Source: Myxococcales bacterium (lineage in GTDB: Bacteria > Myxococcota_A > Polyangia > Polyangiales > Polyangiaceae). From it: a stretch of 64,000 bases of DNA. Location of the stretch: assembly GCA_043747615.1 (NCBI GenBank), contig JAYTOU010000007.1, forward strand, positions 1 through 64,000. Direction: 5' to 3'. The first letter of the stretch is position 1; every line of letters starts with the position of its first letter. The notes under the pieces are model-generated. The model was not told the origin of the DNA and did no database searches. It saw only the letters and a list, made by a program, of their open reading frames with translations. The position numbers and the translations under genes are program-made. Of the stretch, positions 37,703 to 46,055 are shown piece by piece.

Positions 37703-38746
37703 TCAGAGGCCAAAAAGTAGCTCGTCCAGCTTAGGTTGATCAATGTTGATGGAGTATGGGTGATACTCGCAGGAGGCGAAGGCAAAGGAGCGATCGCCAA
37801 CGTGGGCTCGGAGCTCGGCCGGCAGGCGTGAGTCGTTCGACGCGCGCTCGAGCTCGACCCACAAACGGCGATGAAAGTCGCCCGCGACCCATGCGTTCAT
37901 TCCGTCCACATAGGCGCGGCGGACCTCGGGCGGGAGATACGCTGCGAAGACGGTTTGGAACGCGAAGACCACGACCTCGGGGTGGGCCTGTGAATAGCGC
38001 TCGAGCCACGCGGGCATCTCCGTGGCGTCCACCGCCTCCACCGTCATTTCGCCCTTCGAAAGAGCCGACTTCGCGGCGTGCACCGCGGCTTCGAAGCGAG
38101 CCTTTCGCGCATGTTGCCCGGGCCACAAGCACGCGCGCAACCAGGCCACTTCATCCTCCCGGCGCAGATCGACAGGCGCGCGATCGAGCCCGATTCGCGC
38201 TTTGATCCGCCTCGTGTCCGCGAGATAGATCCCCTGCTCGTTGCCATCGACCCACCACACCGGCACGCGATCGGCGACCAGGTTGAGCCCTGCGCTGCAT
38301 CCAAGATCAACGAGTGCCACCCATTCTCCGTCGAACCGCGCGAGCGGAAGCCGCCACGCGATTGCCCGGGTGACCTCGTTCGTCTGCACGAAGCGATCGC
38401 GGAGCGCTCCGTAAAACGGCGCCGCCTCTTCGAGAGCGAGAGCGAGGGCTCGCCGATCCACGACCACAGTGCCCGCTGCGTCGTCACCGAGCACGGAGCG
38501 GAGCGGGTGATCGGTGCGGGTCAGCGCATCTCTGCGGAGCGCGGCGAGAAAGAGAAGCGGACGCTCGTAGTCCGCCTGAAACTTTCGATCTTTCCAGGCT
38601 TGCTCGAAGCGCGCGTGAATCTCTGGATGCTCGACGAAGAGGGGCGCGAGCGCCCGCAAGAGATCGGCGTACGTCCCGAGCTCACGCGTCTCGAAGAAGC
38701 GCGCTTGCCCCTCCGCCTCGCCCGCAAATCCTTCCAGACCTCGCAT
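37703..38746 (-). CDS. DUF2332 family protein
   Basis: QTNEV.R, DLGCSAGLNL..D, GLD..PVD, LRACLWPGQ..R..RF.AA. Confidence 0.8.
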   Translation of the reverse strand: MRGLEGFAGEAEGQARFFETRELGTYADLLRALAPLFVEHPEIHARFEQAWKDRKFQADYERPLLFLAALRRDALTRTDHPLRSVLGDDAAGTVVVDRRALALALEEAAPFYGALRDRFVQTNEVTRAIAWRLPLARFDGEWVALVDLGCSAGLNLVADRVPVWWVDGNEQGIYLADTRRIKARIGLDRAPVDLRREDEVAWLRACLWPGQHARKARFEAAVHAAKSALSKGEMTVEAVDATEMPAWLERYSQAHPEVVVFAFQTVFAAYLPPEVRRAYVDGMNAWVAGDFHRRLWVELERASNDSRLPAELRAHVGDRSFAFASCEYHPYSINIDQPKLDELLFGL

Positions 38747-38831
38747 TCGTCGTCCTCCGTCCGTGAAATGGGGCGGCCCGTGGTGACAGTCAATGTTGAT
38801 TCATCGGTGCACATGTACAAAGCTGGCGCGA

Positions 38832-40085
38832 ATGGCCGGCGCACGAGGGTTTTTAACCGCAAGCGAGGCGGCTGCGCGTCTGGGAGTAAAGGCGTCGACG
38901 CTCTACGCGTACGTGTCTCGAGGTCTCCTCCGAAGCGAAGCGACCGACGGAGCGGCCCGAGCCCGGAGATACGCCGCGCGCGATGTCGAGCGCCTCCTCG
39001 AGCGAAAGCGGATGCGTCAGGAGCCCTCCCTCGCCGCGTCGCGAGCGCTGTGGTGGGGCGCTCCGGTGGTGGAGTCGTCGATCTCCTTCGTCGACGGAAA
39101 ACGCCTTTTTTACCGAGGCCTCGAGGCTGTGCCGCTGTCCGAGCGCACTTCGTTCGAGCGCGTCGCAAGCCTCCTGTGGACGGGCTCGCTCGGACGTGGC
39201 GAGCCGTGGTGTGACGCGACGGCACTGCCAGCGGCGGCGGCGCGAGTCGTGGAGACCATGGCGGGCGAGTCTACTCCGCTTGCGCAGCTTCAGCTGCTCA
39301 CACCGCTCTTTGCCCTCCGAGACGAGTCTCGCTTCGACACGAGCGCGGTGCACGTCGTCGCTACCGCAAAACGGATCATCATGAATCTCACGATGGCGAT
39401 CTCCGGCGCAGCGCGGGCGCCAAGAAAGAGGCGGGCCTCGGGCGTCGCAAGTGGGCTATTTTTCAGCTTGTCCGGCCGCACTGCGTCCGAAGCTTCGGTG
39501 CGCGTGATGGATCGGGCGCTCGTCCTTTGTGCCGAGCACGAGCTCAACGCATCGACCTTTGCGGCGCGGGTCGCAGCGAGCGCGGGAGCCGATCCATACG
39601 CGGTGGTCGCAGCGGCGCTCGCGACTCTCAGTGGGCCGAAACACGGCGGCGCCTGCGATCGCATCGAAGCGCTCGTACGCGAAGTAGAGCGTCCAGAGAG
39701 AGCCGCGAGGGTGGTGTTCGCCAGGAGCGCGCGGGGGGAGTCCCTACCGGGCTTCGGTCATCCCCTGTACCCGGACGGCGATCCGCGAGCGCGCCCTCTG
39801 CTCGAGATGGCGCGCGAGCAGCGTGCTCCGAAGGCGGGCGCCACGCTCGAGACGGTGCTCGCCATCGTCGATGCCGCGGCGGAGACTTCGCACGGCGCAC
39901 CGACGCTCGACATCGCGCTCGTTGCGGTAGCGGCGGCACTGCAGCTCCCACCGGGATCGGCGGCTTGCATCTTCGCCATCGGGAGAATCGCCGGCTGGAT
40001 TGCCCACGCCCTCGAGCAGTACGCGATGGACGAGCTCATTCGCCCCCGCGCCCGCTACGTCGGACCAAAAGTGGAGGCCTCGTGA
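38832..40085 (+). CDS. HTH-fused citrate synthase-like protein
   Basis: LTASEAAARLGVKASTLYAYVSRG HTH; HELNAST, GPKHGGA, GFGHPLY, R.AGWIAH. Confidence 0.88.
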   Translation: MAGARGFLTASEAAARLGVKASTLYAYVSRGLLRSEATDGAARARRYAARDVERLLERKRMRQEPSLAASRALWWGAPVVESSISFVDGKRLFYRGLEAVPLSERTSFERVASLLWTGSLGRGEPWCDATALPAAAARVVETMAGESTPLAQLQLLTPLFALRDESRFDTSAVHVVATAKRIIMNLTMAISGAARAPRKRRASGVASGLFFSLSGRTASEASVRVMDRALVLCAEHELNASTFAARVAASAGADPYAVVAAALATLSGPKHGGACDRIEALVREVERPERAARVVFARSARGESLPGFGHPLYPDGDPRARPLLEMAREQRAPKAGATLETVLAIVDAAAETSHGAPTLDIALVAVAAALQLPPGSAACIFAIGRIAGWIAHALEQYAMDELIRPRARYVGPKVEAS

Positions 40086-41188
40086 TCACGCCCGAAATCC
40101 CGCCGCGATGGACGAAGCAAATCGATGGGCCGCTGAAGAGCGCAGTGCGTCGCGTTCCGCTACTCAGCTTGGCCACGCCTGCAAACGCCGCCTCGGAGCG
40201 AGCGCGCCTCGTCGATGCCTTCGCCTCCGGACGGCCGCGCCAGCCAGAGTGGCGGTATGCGCCGTTCGGTACGAGCGCCGTGAAGAGAGACCTCGAGACC
40301 ATCCTCACCGAGCTCGAAAAATCGGAACCCTCTCCCCTGCGGGACATCTACGCGGCACGGATCCGTGAGCTCGCTCGGGAAGCCGACCTGTGTGAAGCGA
40401 TCGGGACGCCCGCCCTCGCGTCCCTCGCCGAAGTGCGTTTCAAGTCCCCGCAAGCACAGAACACCGTCGACGCCGAGGCCCTCGCCAACGCGTGGATCGC
40501 CGAAGAAGTAGCCGCTCAACCGAGCGCCGGCGTCCTCGTCCGAAGCGACGCCCCAGATCCTCGCTCCCTCCTTTCACGCATGCGCGCCGAGGTCGGTCGC
40601 CTGTGTCTCCCATTCTCGGTGGTGGTCCATCCCGAGCTGTCGTCCCTCGCAGCAACCGGTGAACGCACCATCTTGATCGCAGGCGGGCGCCTGCTCTCGG
40701 AAGAGGCGACGCGGCGGACGGTGATGCACGAGACTCACGGACACGCCCTTCCGCGCACGCGTGCGGCTCTCCTCGCACCGGGAATCTTTCAAGTTGGCAC
40801 GGCGCACGGGATCGACGAGCAAGAGGGCTATGCACTTTGCCTCGAATCGCGCAGCGAAGCGCTCGGATCGTTGAGGCGTCGCGAGCTGGCTGCCCGGTAC
40901 GTGGCGGTCGAAGCGATGTGCGGCGGGGCGAGCTTCGTCGACGCAGTGCTCTTCCTGGTGGAGACTCACGGCATCCCTGTCCCCGAAGCGATCCTCGTCG
41001 CCGAGCGATGCTTCCGCGGAAGCGACGGCAGCTTCGCTGGCCTGGGCCGTGAGCGCATTTATCTGGAGACGTTCCTCCGTGTGCGCGATTGGCTCGCCGT
41101 GCACCCCTCGGACGAGCGCGTTCTCGCCTCCGGGCAACTATCACTCGATTCCATCAGCACGCTGCGGGGCTTCGTCGCTCACGTGTAG
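40082..41188 (+). CDS. DUF1704 family metallopeptidase (Tyr/Phe carboxypeptidase, MATCAP-like)
   Basis: HETHGH (HExxxH), EQEGYA, RCFRG, G.GRE.IYL. Confidence 0.7.
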   Translation: MITPEIPPRWTKQIDGPLKSAVRRVPLLSLATPANAASERARLVDAFASGRPRQPEWRYAPFGTSAVKRDLETILTELEKSEPSPLRDIYAARIRELAREADLCEAIGTPALASLAEVRFKSPQAQNTVDAEALANAWIAEEVAAQPSAGVLVRSDAPDPRSLLSRMRAEVGRLCLPFSVVVHPELSSLAATGERTILIAGGRLLSEEATRRTVMHETHGHALPRTRAALLAPGIFQVGTAHGIDEQEGYALCLESRSEALGSLRRRELAARYVAVEAMCGGASFVDAVLFLVETHGIPVPEAILVAERCFRGSDGSFAGLGRERIYLETFLRVRDWLAVHPSDERVLASGQLSLDSISTLRGFVAHV

Positions 41189-41189
41189 A

Positions 41190-42260
41190 TTACATATTTT
41201 TTGTGCAGCCGCTCTGGGTGGCCGTCGAGGCTCCTAGCTTCGCGACTGGCTTGCACGTGTAGCCCGGGCGACAAACGCCAGACACGGTCGGATCGCACAC
41301 CGGAAGGCAATATCCGCCGAGCGCCGCGAAGTCCGCGCAGAAGCTGACGGGGCGCATGGGGTCTTGGGGGCAGTCCTGTTTCGTGCATTGGACGGTGCAC
41401 ATGCCGCCGGGAAAATCCTTTGCGCAGAACGCCGCGGGCGCGACGCACACCATGTCCGAGGTGCAGGAGTCTCCGGTCCACGCTCCACCGCCGTCGGTGA
41501 CGATCGGACCGAAGTAGTCAGTGGCCGTCGCGTAGTTTTGCCAGATGTTCCAGACGAGCCAGTTGCCCCCCTTTCCCAGGCCGACCGTCGGCGAATATTG
41601 GTAGAGCGCGGCGGTCGAATCGTCGACCGGCGTCAACCGCACGCCATCGATGGTGACGCTCTGTTTTCCAGGCCCCCAGTTGCCTGCCGTCTGACCGCTC
41701 CCCGCGATCTCGTCGAGGCTCGTGCGGAGCTTTCGCGCCACACAATCGACCTGACGATCGAACCCCGCGAGCGCAGGGTCGCAGCTCGAGCCCCCACCAG
41801 GGCAGCCGCATCCGAACACGTACTCCACGCGAGAAGGCGGGAACGGATAAAACTGTTCGCCGATGAGCCCTTGGTCGACCTGGGCGCGGACCAGAAGAAA
41901 AAGCGGGTTGATCCGGTACGCAGCGCCGGCACGCACGACGGCCTCGGAGGCACGCACGCCGTTCGATTGGTACGTCTGTAAGAAGCTCGGCCGCTTGTAG
42001 GGTGTCTTCGCCAGGAAATTTTGGATGGCGACCGCATCGAGGGTGAGCGTGTCCGTGAAGCTCGCCGACTCGATGATCTCACCGGCGACGAAGTCGAGCA
42101 CTGCCTCGTTCTTCGCCAAGTCTTGCGCCTGGAGGAACGTGCTCTCGGACGACTTCTTCGCACAGCCCGAGCTCGCCGCTCCTGCCCCGATCGTGACGAT
42201 GGACATCACGCACGCAGCTTGGAGCGATCGAAAGCTAACGCTGGGGACGTGGAGGGCCAT
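41190..42260 (-). CDS. Lipoprotein with putative lysozyme-like domain and C-terminal Cys-rich domain
   Basis: Lipobox ASSGC; INPLFLLVRAQVDQGLI, FGCGCP..CD...GF..QV, TAALYQYSP; Cys-rich tail. Confidence 0.55.
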   Translation of the reverse strand: MALHVPSVSFRSLQAACVMSIVTIGAGAASSGCAKKSSESTFLQAQDLAKNEAVLDFVAGEIIESASFTDTLTLDAVAIQNFLAKTPYKRPSFLQTYQSNGVRASEAVVRAGAAYRINPLFLLVRAQVDQGLIGEQFYPFPPSRVEYVFGCGCPGGGSSCDPALAGFDRQVDCVARKLRTSLDEIAGSGQTAGNWGPGKQSVTIDGVRLTPVDDSTAALYQYSPTVGLGKGGNWLVWNIWQNYATATDYFGPIVTDGGGAWTGDSCTSDMVCVAPAAFCAKDFPGGMCTVQCTKQDCPQDPMRPVSFCADFAALGGYCLPVCDPTVSGVCRPGYTCKPVAKLGASTATQSGCTKNM

Positions 42261-42288
42261 CTTTTGGGGCTTCGGGTGGGAACCCCTT

Positions 42289-43356
42289 CTACTTAACGTG
42301 TAGCGGCAGTTCGAGCCAGTTTGCTCCGCCGCGATTGTCGTGAACGACGATCCAAACAGTGCCTTCACCGGCCTCCATCGGGGCTTGGTACTCGTTTTCG
42401 GTGCCGGGAACCTTGCCAGAGACCGCGTCATAGAGGAGACGGGCGTCGCTCCCGAGCTTGCCTAACGTGGCGTAATAGGCGGCCCAGACCTGCTCTTTGC
42501 GGACACTGCCGTCCGGGCCGTGATCGCTCGGGTTCGGCTCCTGGCTCGACTCGGGCACGACGACATCGAGCTTGATCTTCGGGCACGCCATCTGCGCCGC
42601 GGTTGCCGCAGCCCCGGTGGTGTCTTTGGGCACGCTGGTGCAGTGATCGACGATGATTCCGTCGTGGAGATCGATCTTCGCGCCTTCGAGGTGGGCCTCG
42701 GTGATTTCCGGATTGGCGTTCGTGCGCGTGTCGTACCCGTATATTCGCGAGAAACCGATCACGTAGTCCTCGGGTCCGAGGCGATTCTTCGCGGCATCGA
42801 AGCAGCCGAACGGAACTGCCTGGGGGTTGCGCGGATCGCGCTCGACGAGCTCGACGTGTCCTGCGCAGGCAATGTTGAACACGATCCCGAGGCCGTACGG
42901 GATGTCCGCGCCCGGCACCACGGGGTGCGACGTGACGATGTCCATCGGCATGGTCACCGTGTACTTCGCTCCCGACGGAAGGAAGGGAGTCAGGTCTACG
43001 CCTGGCTTGAGAAACGCACCCGCGGGGCTAGGCGCCATCATCATGCCGCCCTCGGAAAGCTGCGCAAAACAAGCGTAATACAAGTCTTGGATGGGGTTCT
43101 TACAAAGGAACGGCAACCAATAAATCTTCATTGGCTCCGGACGAATTTTTCGTGCGTCGTACGCCAGCACCTCGACGGTTACCGTTGCGCCAGGCGCCGC
43201 GTACGGCTTGTCGGTCCGCGAAGCGAGGACCCGCACCGTGCTAATTTTGCTCGACGGATCGAACTCCGAGAGCCCGCAGCCGATCGAGCTACATGCCATC
43301 ACGGCGGCGAGAAGTACGACGACCGCAAAGTCGAAGAGGTGTGCAGGGCGAGCCAT
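42289..43356 (-). CDS. Lipoprotein associated with TonB-dependent receptor
   Basis: Lipobox-like Cys, RVLASR.D.PY, N.NP, W.VV.D.RGG..W; start overlaps receptor stop. Confidence 0.75.
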   Translation of the reverse strand: MARPAHLFDFAVVVLLAAVMACSSIGCGLSEFDPSSKISTVRVLASRTDKPYAAPGATVTVEVLAYDARKIRPEPMKIYWLPFLCKNPIQDLYYACFAQLSEGGMMMAPSPAGAFLKPGVDLTPFLPSGAKYTVTMPMDIVTSHPVVPGADIPYGLGIVFNIACAGHVELVERDPRNPQAVPFGCFDAAKNRLGPEDYVIGFSRIYGYDTRTNANPEITEAHLEGAKIDLHDGIIVDHCTSVPKDTTGAAATAAQMACPKIKLDVVVPESSQEPNPSDHGPDGSVRKEQVWAAYYATLGKLGSDARLLYDAVSGKVPGTENEYQAPMEAGEGTVWIVVHDNRGGANWLELPLHVK

Positions 43357-45983
43357 CAGAATTCTCCCCGGATGCCGAGGCTCGGCAGGATCGGTAAACC
43401 CGAAGCGTAGATCCGTTGCGTGTTGTTGTAGTTGTTGCTCACGCCTTCGGCGTTGGCGCGGTTGTAGACGTTCTGCACGTCCGCATAGAACCCGAATTTC
43501 CACGACGTAAAAGTCCACGTTTTGTCGAGGCGGATGTCGAGCTGATGAAACATCGGCAACCGTTCGCCGAGCGGCGGGTAGCTCTGGAGCGCGAGGTTTG
43601 CGCCCGCGTTCTCGTCGGTGAATCCGTACGCGCGTGGCGTGTACAAGCTGCCCGACACGAGGCGAAATCGACCGCCGATTTCCCAGCCGCGGCCGAGGCG
43701 GTAGCTTCCGAGCACCGTCAAGATGTGCGTCTGATCGAATTGAATCAGGTTCACGGGCGAGCTCGGCGTGTCCTGCCGAACGCTCCGTGAGATGGTGTAC
43801 GCGACCCATCCGAAGAAACGCGCGTCGGGGGTGTAGCGGAGAAGGGTCTCGATGCCGTACGCGTGACCGCGCCCTTGGTTGCCGAGGCGAGGCACTACGA
43901 GGTGATCGAATTGCTTGTAAAAGCCTTCGATCGAGATGTTCACGTTCCTCGTGATCTCTTGCTCGACGCCGACGTCGTAGTGAATCGCGCGGTTGGATGT
44001 GAGGCCTTTCTGCCCAAATACGAGGTTCGTCTCGACCGGTTGCGGAGGCTGGAAGAACACGCCCGCGCCACCCTTCGCCGTCGTGCGCGGAAATCCGGTG
44101 GTGAGATCCTGACGAGCGATCACCCTCGGCGCGAGGTCGAACGCCTTGGTGCTTTTTGCATAGTCGAGACGCGCACCGGGAACGAGGCGAGCGCCGCGCC
44201 ACGGCGTGATCTCGAACTCCGTGAAGAGCGCAGGCTGGTAGACGGCGCCACTGTCCGTCGTCTCGAGCGGCGGACGACTGAGTCCCGGGCCGCTCGGCGC
44301 TTCGCCCGGCCTCGGCATCGGCGGAAAGCGTACGTGGACGTCGTAGGGCGCATAGAGCATGTCGAGACCGACGTTCGCCGTTACCCCGGGGGCGATTTTC
44401 TGCGCAAGCTCCGCCCGGGTGGTGATCGGGTGGCTGCGGAGCGTGAAGAAATTATCTCCGAGCGAGAAGTCGATGAAATCCTCGCCGACCGCGGCCATCA
44501 AGCGAAAGTCAGTGTCCTTGCCGAGCTTGCTCTTGAAGCGCCCTTGAAGACGCCAAAACCCGGTGTGCGCGCTGATCCCGCCGGCGAGCGCGGGGTCGCT
44601 GGCGTTGGCAGTCTTGATGAGGATGTCGAGCTTGTCGTCCGAGCCGAAGAAGAGCATCCGCAGCGAGGTGTTCTTGTTGAAGTCCTTCGCCACCATCGCC
44701 TGGTAGTCGTAGTAGACGGGCGCGGTAGTCACCCCCGTTCCAGCGGCCACGAGGACCGGCTTCAGCCACACGTCGACGTACGATCGTCGTCCAGCGACCG
44801 CGAACGACCATCCGCTATTTTTGACGATGGGGCCTTCGGCGAGCACCCGGGCGTCGATGAAATCGACCTGCGCCATGCCGTGCAGTTTATCTTTTCGCGG
44901 ATCGCGAATGCCGACGTCGACGATCCCGCCCATCGCGCGGCCGTACTGAGCGCTGAAGTTGCCGGGATAGAAATCGATCTTCTCGAGCATCTCCGTAGGG
45001 ACGACGGAGCTAAGTCCACCGAAGTGGTAGACGAGCGGAACGAGCGTCCCGTCGACGAACACGCTCGTGTCTTGAGGAGCCGAGCCGCGCACGATGAGCA
45101 GCCCGAGCAGCGCGGGGGGTCTGGCAACGCCGGGCAAATTCTGGAGCGATCGAAGAGCGTCGCCGTTCGTGCCCGGGATGCGGTTCATCTCCCGACGCTC
45201 GAGGGTGCGGCGGGTGACCTCGCGGGCAGGCCTCACCCCTTTCACGCGGATCTCCTCTTCCTCGTCGTCGGGTGCGGTTGCTTGCACGGCTGGGCCCGGC
45301 GCAACCACGTCCGGCGAGAGGCGAAGCACGTTCTTCACTTCTTCGCCGGGCGCGACATCTTGCTCGATGGTCTGCGTCTTGAATCCGCTCGCGGCGATCG
45401 TGATGCGGTAATTACCGGGGGGAAGATTGGCAAATGCCCACGCGCCATTTTCTTCGACGGCCGTCGCTCGCTCGGTGCCGTCAGCGGCGCGCAAAACAAC
45501 GGAGGCGCCCGCGAGCGGCTTATCCGACGTGGCCGCCAGCGCTTTGCCGACGAGCCGCGAAGGCGGCGGCGAGAAGACGTATCGGTGCTTGATTTTAGCG
45601 GCGATGGCCACACTGTTCCGACGCGCGGGCTCGAAGGTCAGCTTCTCGGCTGCGGCGATAGCGGCTTCGTCGAAGCCATGCCCGGCGGGCGCCTCGACAG
45701 TTGCTTTCGTGACCGCGCCCGTCGCGTCGAGCTCGAGAATGAGCGAGACGGTGACCGCGTCCTTCACGCCGTCCTTCAGGGCCCGCGCCGGGTATTCCGC
45801 GCCTTCGTCGTGCTTGATCACGGGCAGCGTGATGGTCGCTGCTGGAGGCGGCGGTGCGGGGGCCGCTTCGGTTGGCGCGACGACGCGCTGAGCACGCGCT
45901 GGCTGAGCTGCGAGGAGGACGAGCGCGCACGCCCCCGCACGAAGGCCGATGCGCCTAAATCGCTCACCAATCCCGAGGCTCAT
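43356..45983 (-). CDS. TonB-dependent receptor with N-terminal TonB-C and carboxypeptidase-regulatory-like domains
   Basis: YP..AL...V.V.L..ELDATG.V..GFDEAA TonB-C; IPGTNGDALRSLQNLPGV plug; ends GIRGEF. Confidence 0.9.
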   Translation of the reverse strand: MSLGIGERFRRIGLRAGACALVLLAAQPARAQRVVAPTEAAPAPPPPAATITLPVIKHDEGAEYPARALKDGVKDAVTVSLILELDATGAVTKATVEAPAGHGFDEAAIAAAEKLTFEPARRNSVAIAAKIKHRYVFSPPPSRLVGKALAATSDKPLAGASVVLRAADGTERATAVEENGAWAFANLPPGNYRITIAASGFKTQTIEQDVAPGEEVKNVLRLSPDVVAPGPAVQATAPDDEEEEIRVKGVRPAREVTRRTLERREMNRIPGTNGDALRSLQNLPGVARPPALLGLLIVRGSAPQDTSVFVDGTLVPLVYHFGGLSSVVPTEMLEKIDFYPGNFSAQYGRAMGGIVDVGIRDPRKDKLHGMAQVDFIDARVLAEGPIVKNSGWSFAVAGRRSYVDVWLKPVLVAAGTGVTTAPVYYDYQAMVAKDFNKNTSLRMLFFGSDDKLDILIKTANASDPALAGGISAHTGFWRLQGRFKSKLGKDTDFRLMAAVGEDFIDFSLGDNFFTLRSHPITTRAELAQKIAPGVTANVGLDMLYAPYDVHVRFPPMPRPGEAPSGPGLSRPPLETTDSGAVYQPALFTEFEITPWRGARLVPGARLDYAKSTKAFDLAPRVIARQDLTTGFPRTTAKGGAGVFFQPPQPVETNLVFGQKGLTSNRAIHYDVGVEQEITRNVNISIEGFYKQFDHLVVPRLGNQGRGHAYGIETLLRYTPDARFFGWVAYTISRSVRQDTPSSPVNLIQFDQTHILTVLGSYRLGRGWEIGGRFRLVSGSLYTPRAYGFTDENAGANLALQSYPPLGERLPMFHQLDIRLDKTWTFTSWKFGFYADVQNVYNRANAEGVSNNYNNTQRIYASGLPILPSLGIRGEF

Positions 45984-46055
45984 GCAGCACGGCGGACTTA
46001 CTCGTGCTGGCGCAAAACCTCAACGTGCATTCGCGTTTCGGCCTTCGTCCGCGAG

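Noticed and set aside
43863..46055. N-terminal ~730 aa of the 1497-aa plus-strand ORF
   Set aside because: Antisense shadow of the TonB-dependent receptor; protein-like membrane sequence begins only near 46056.
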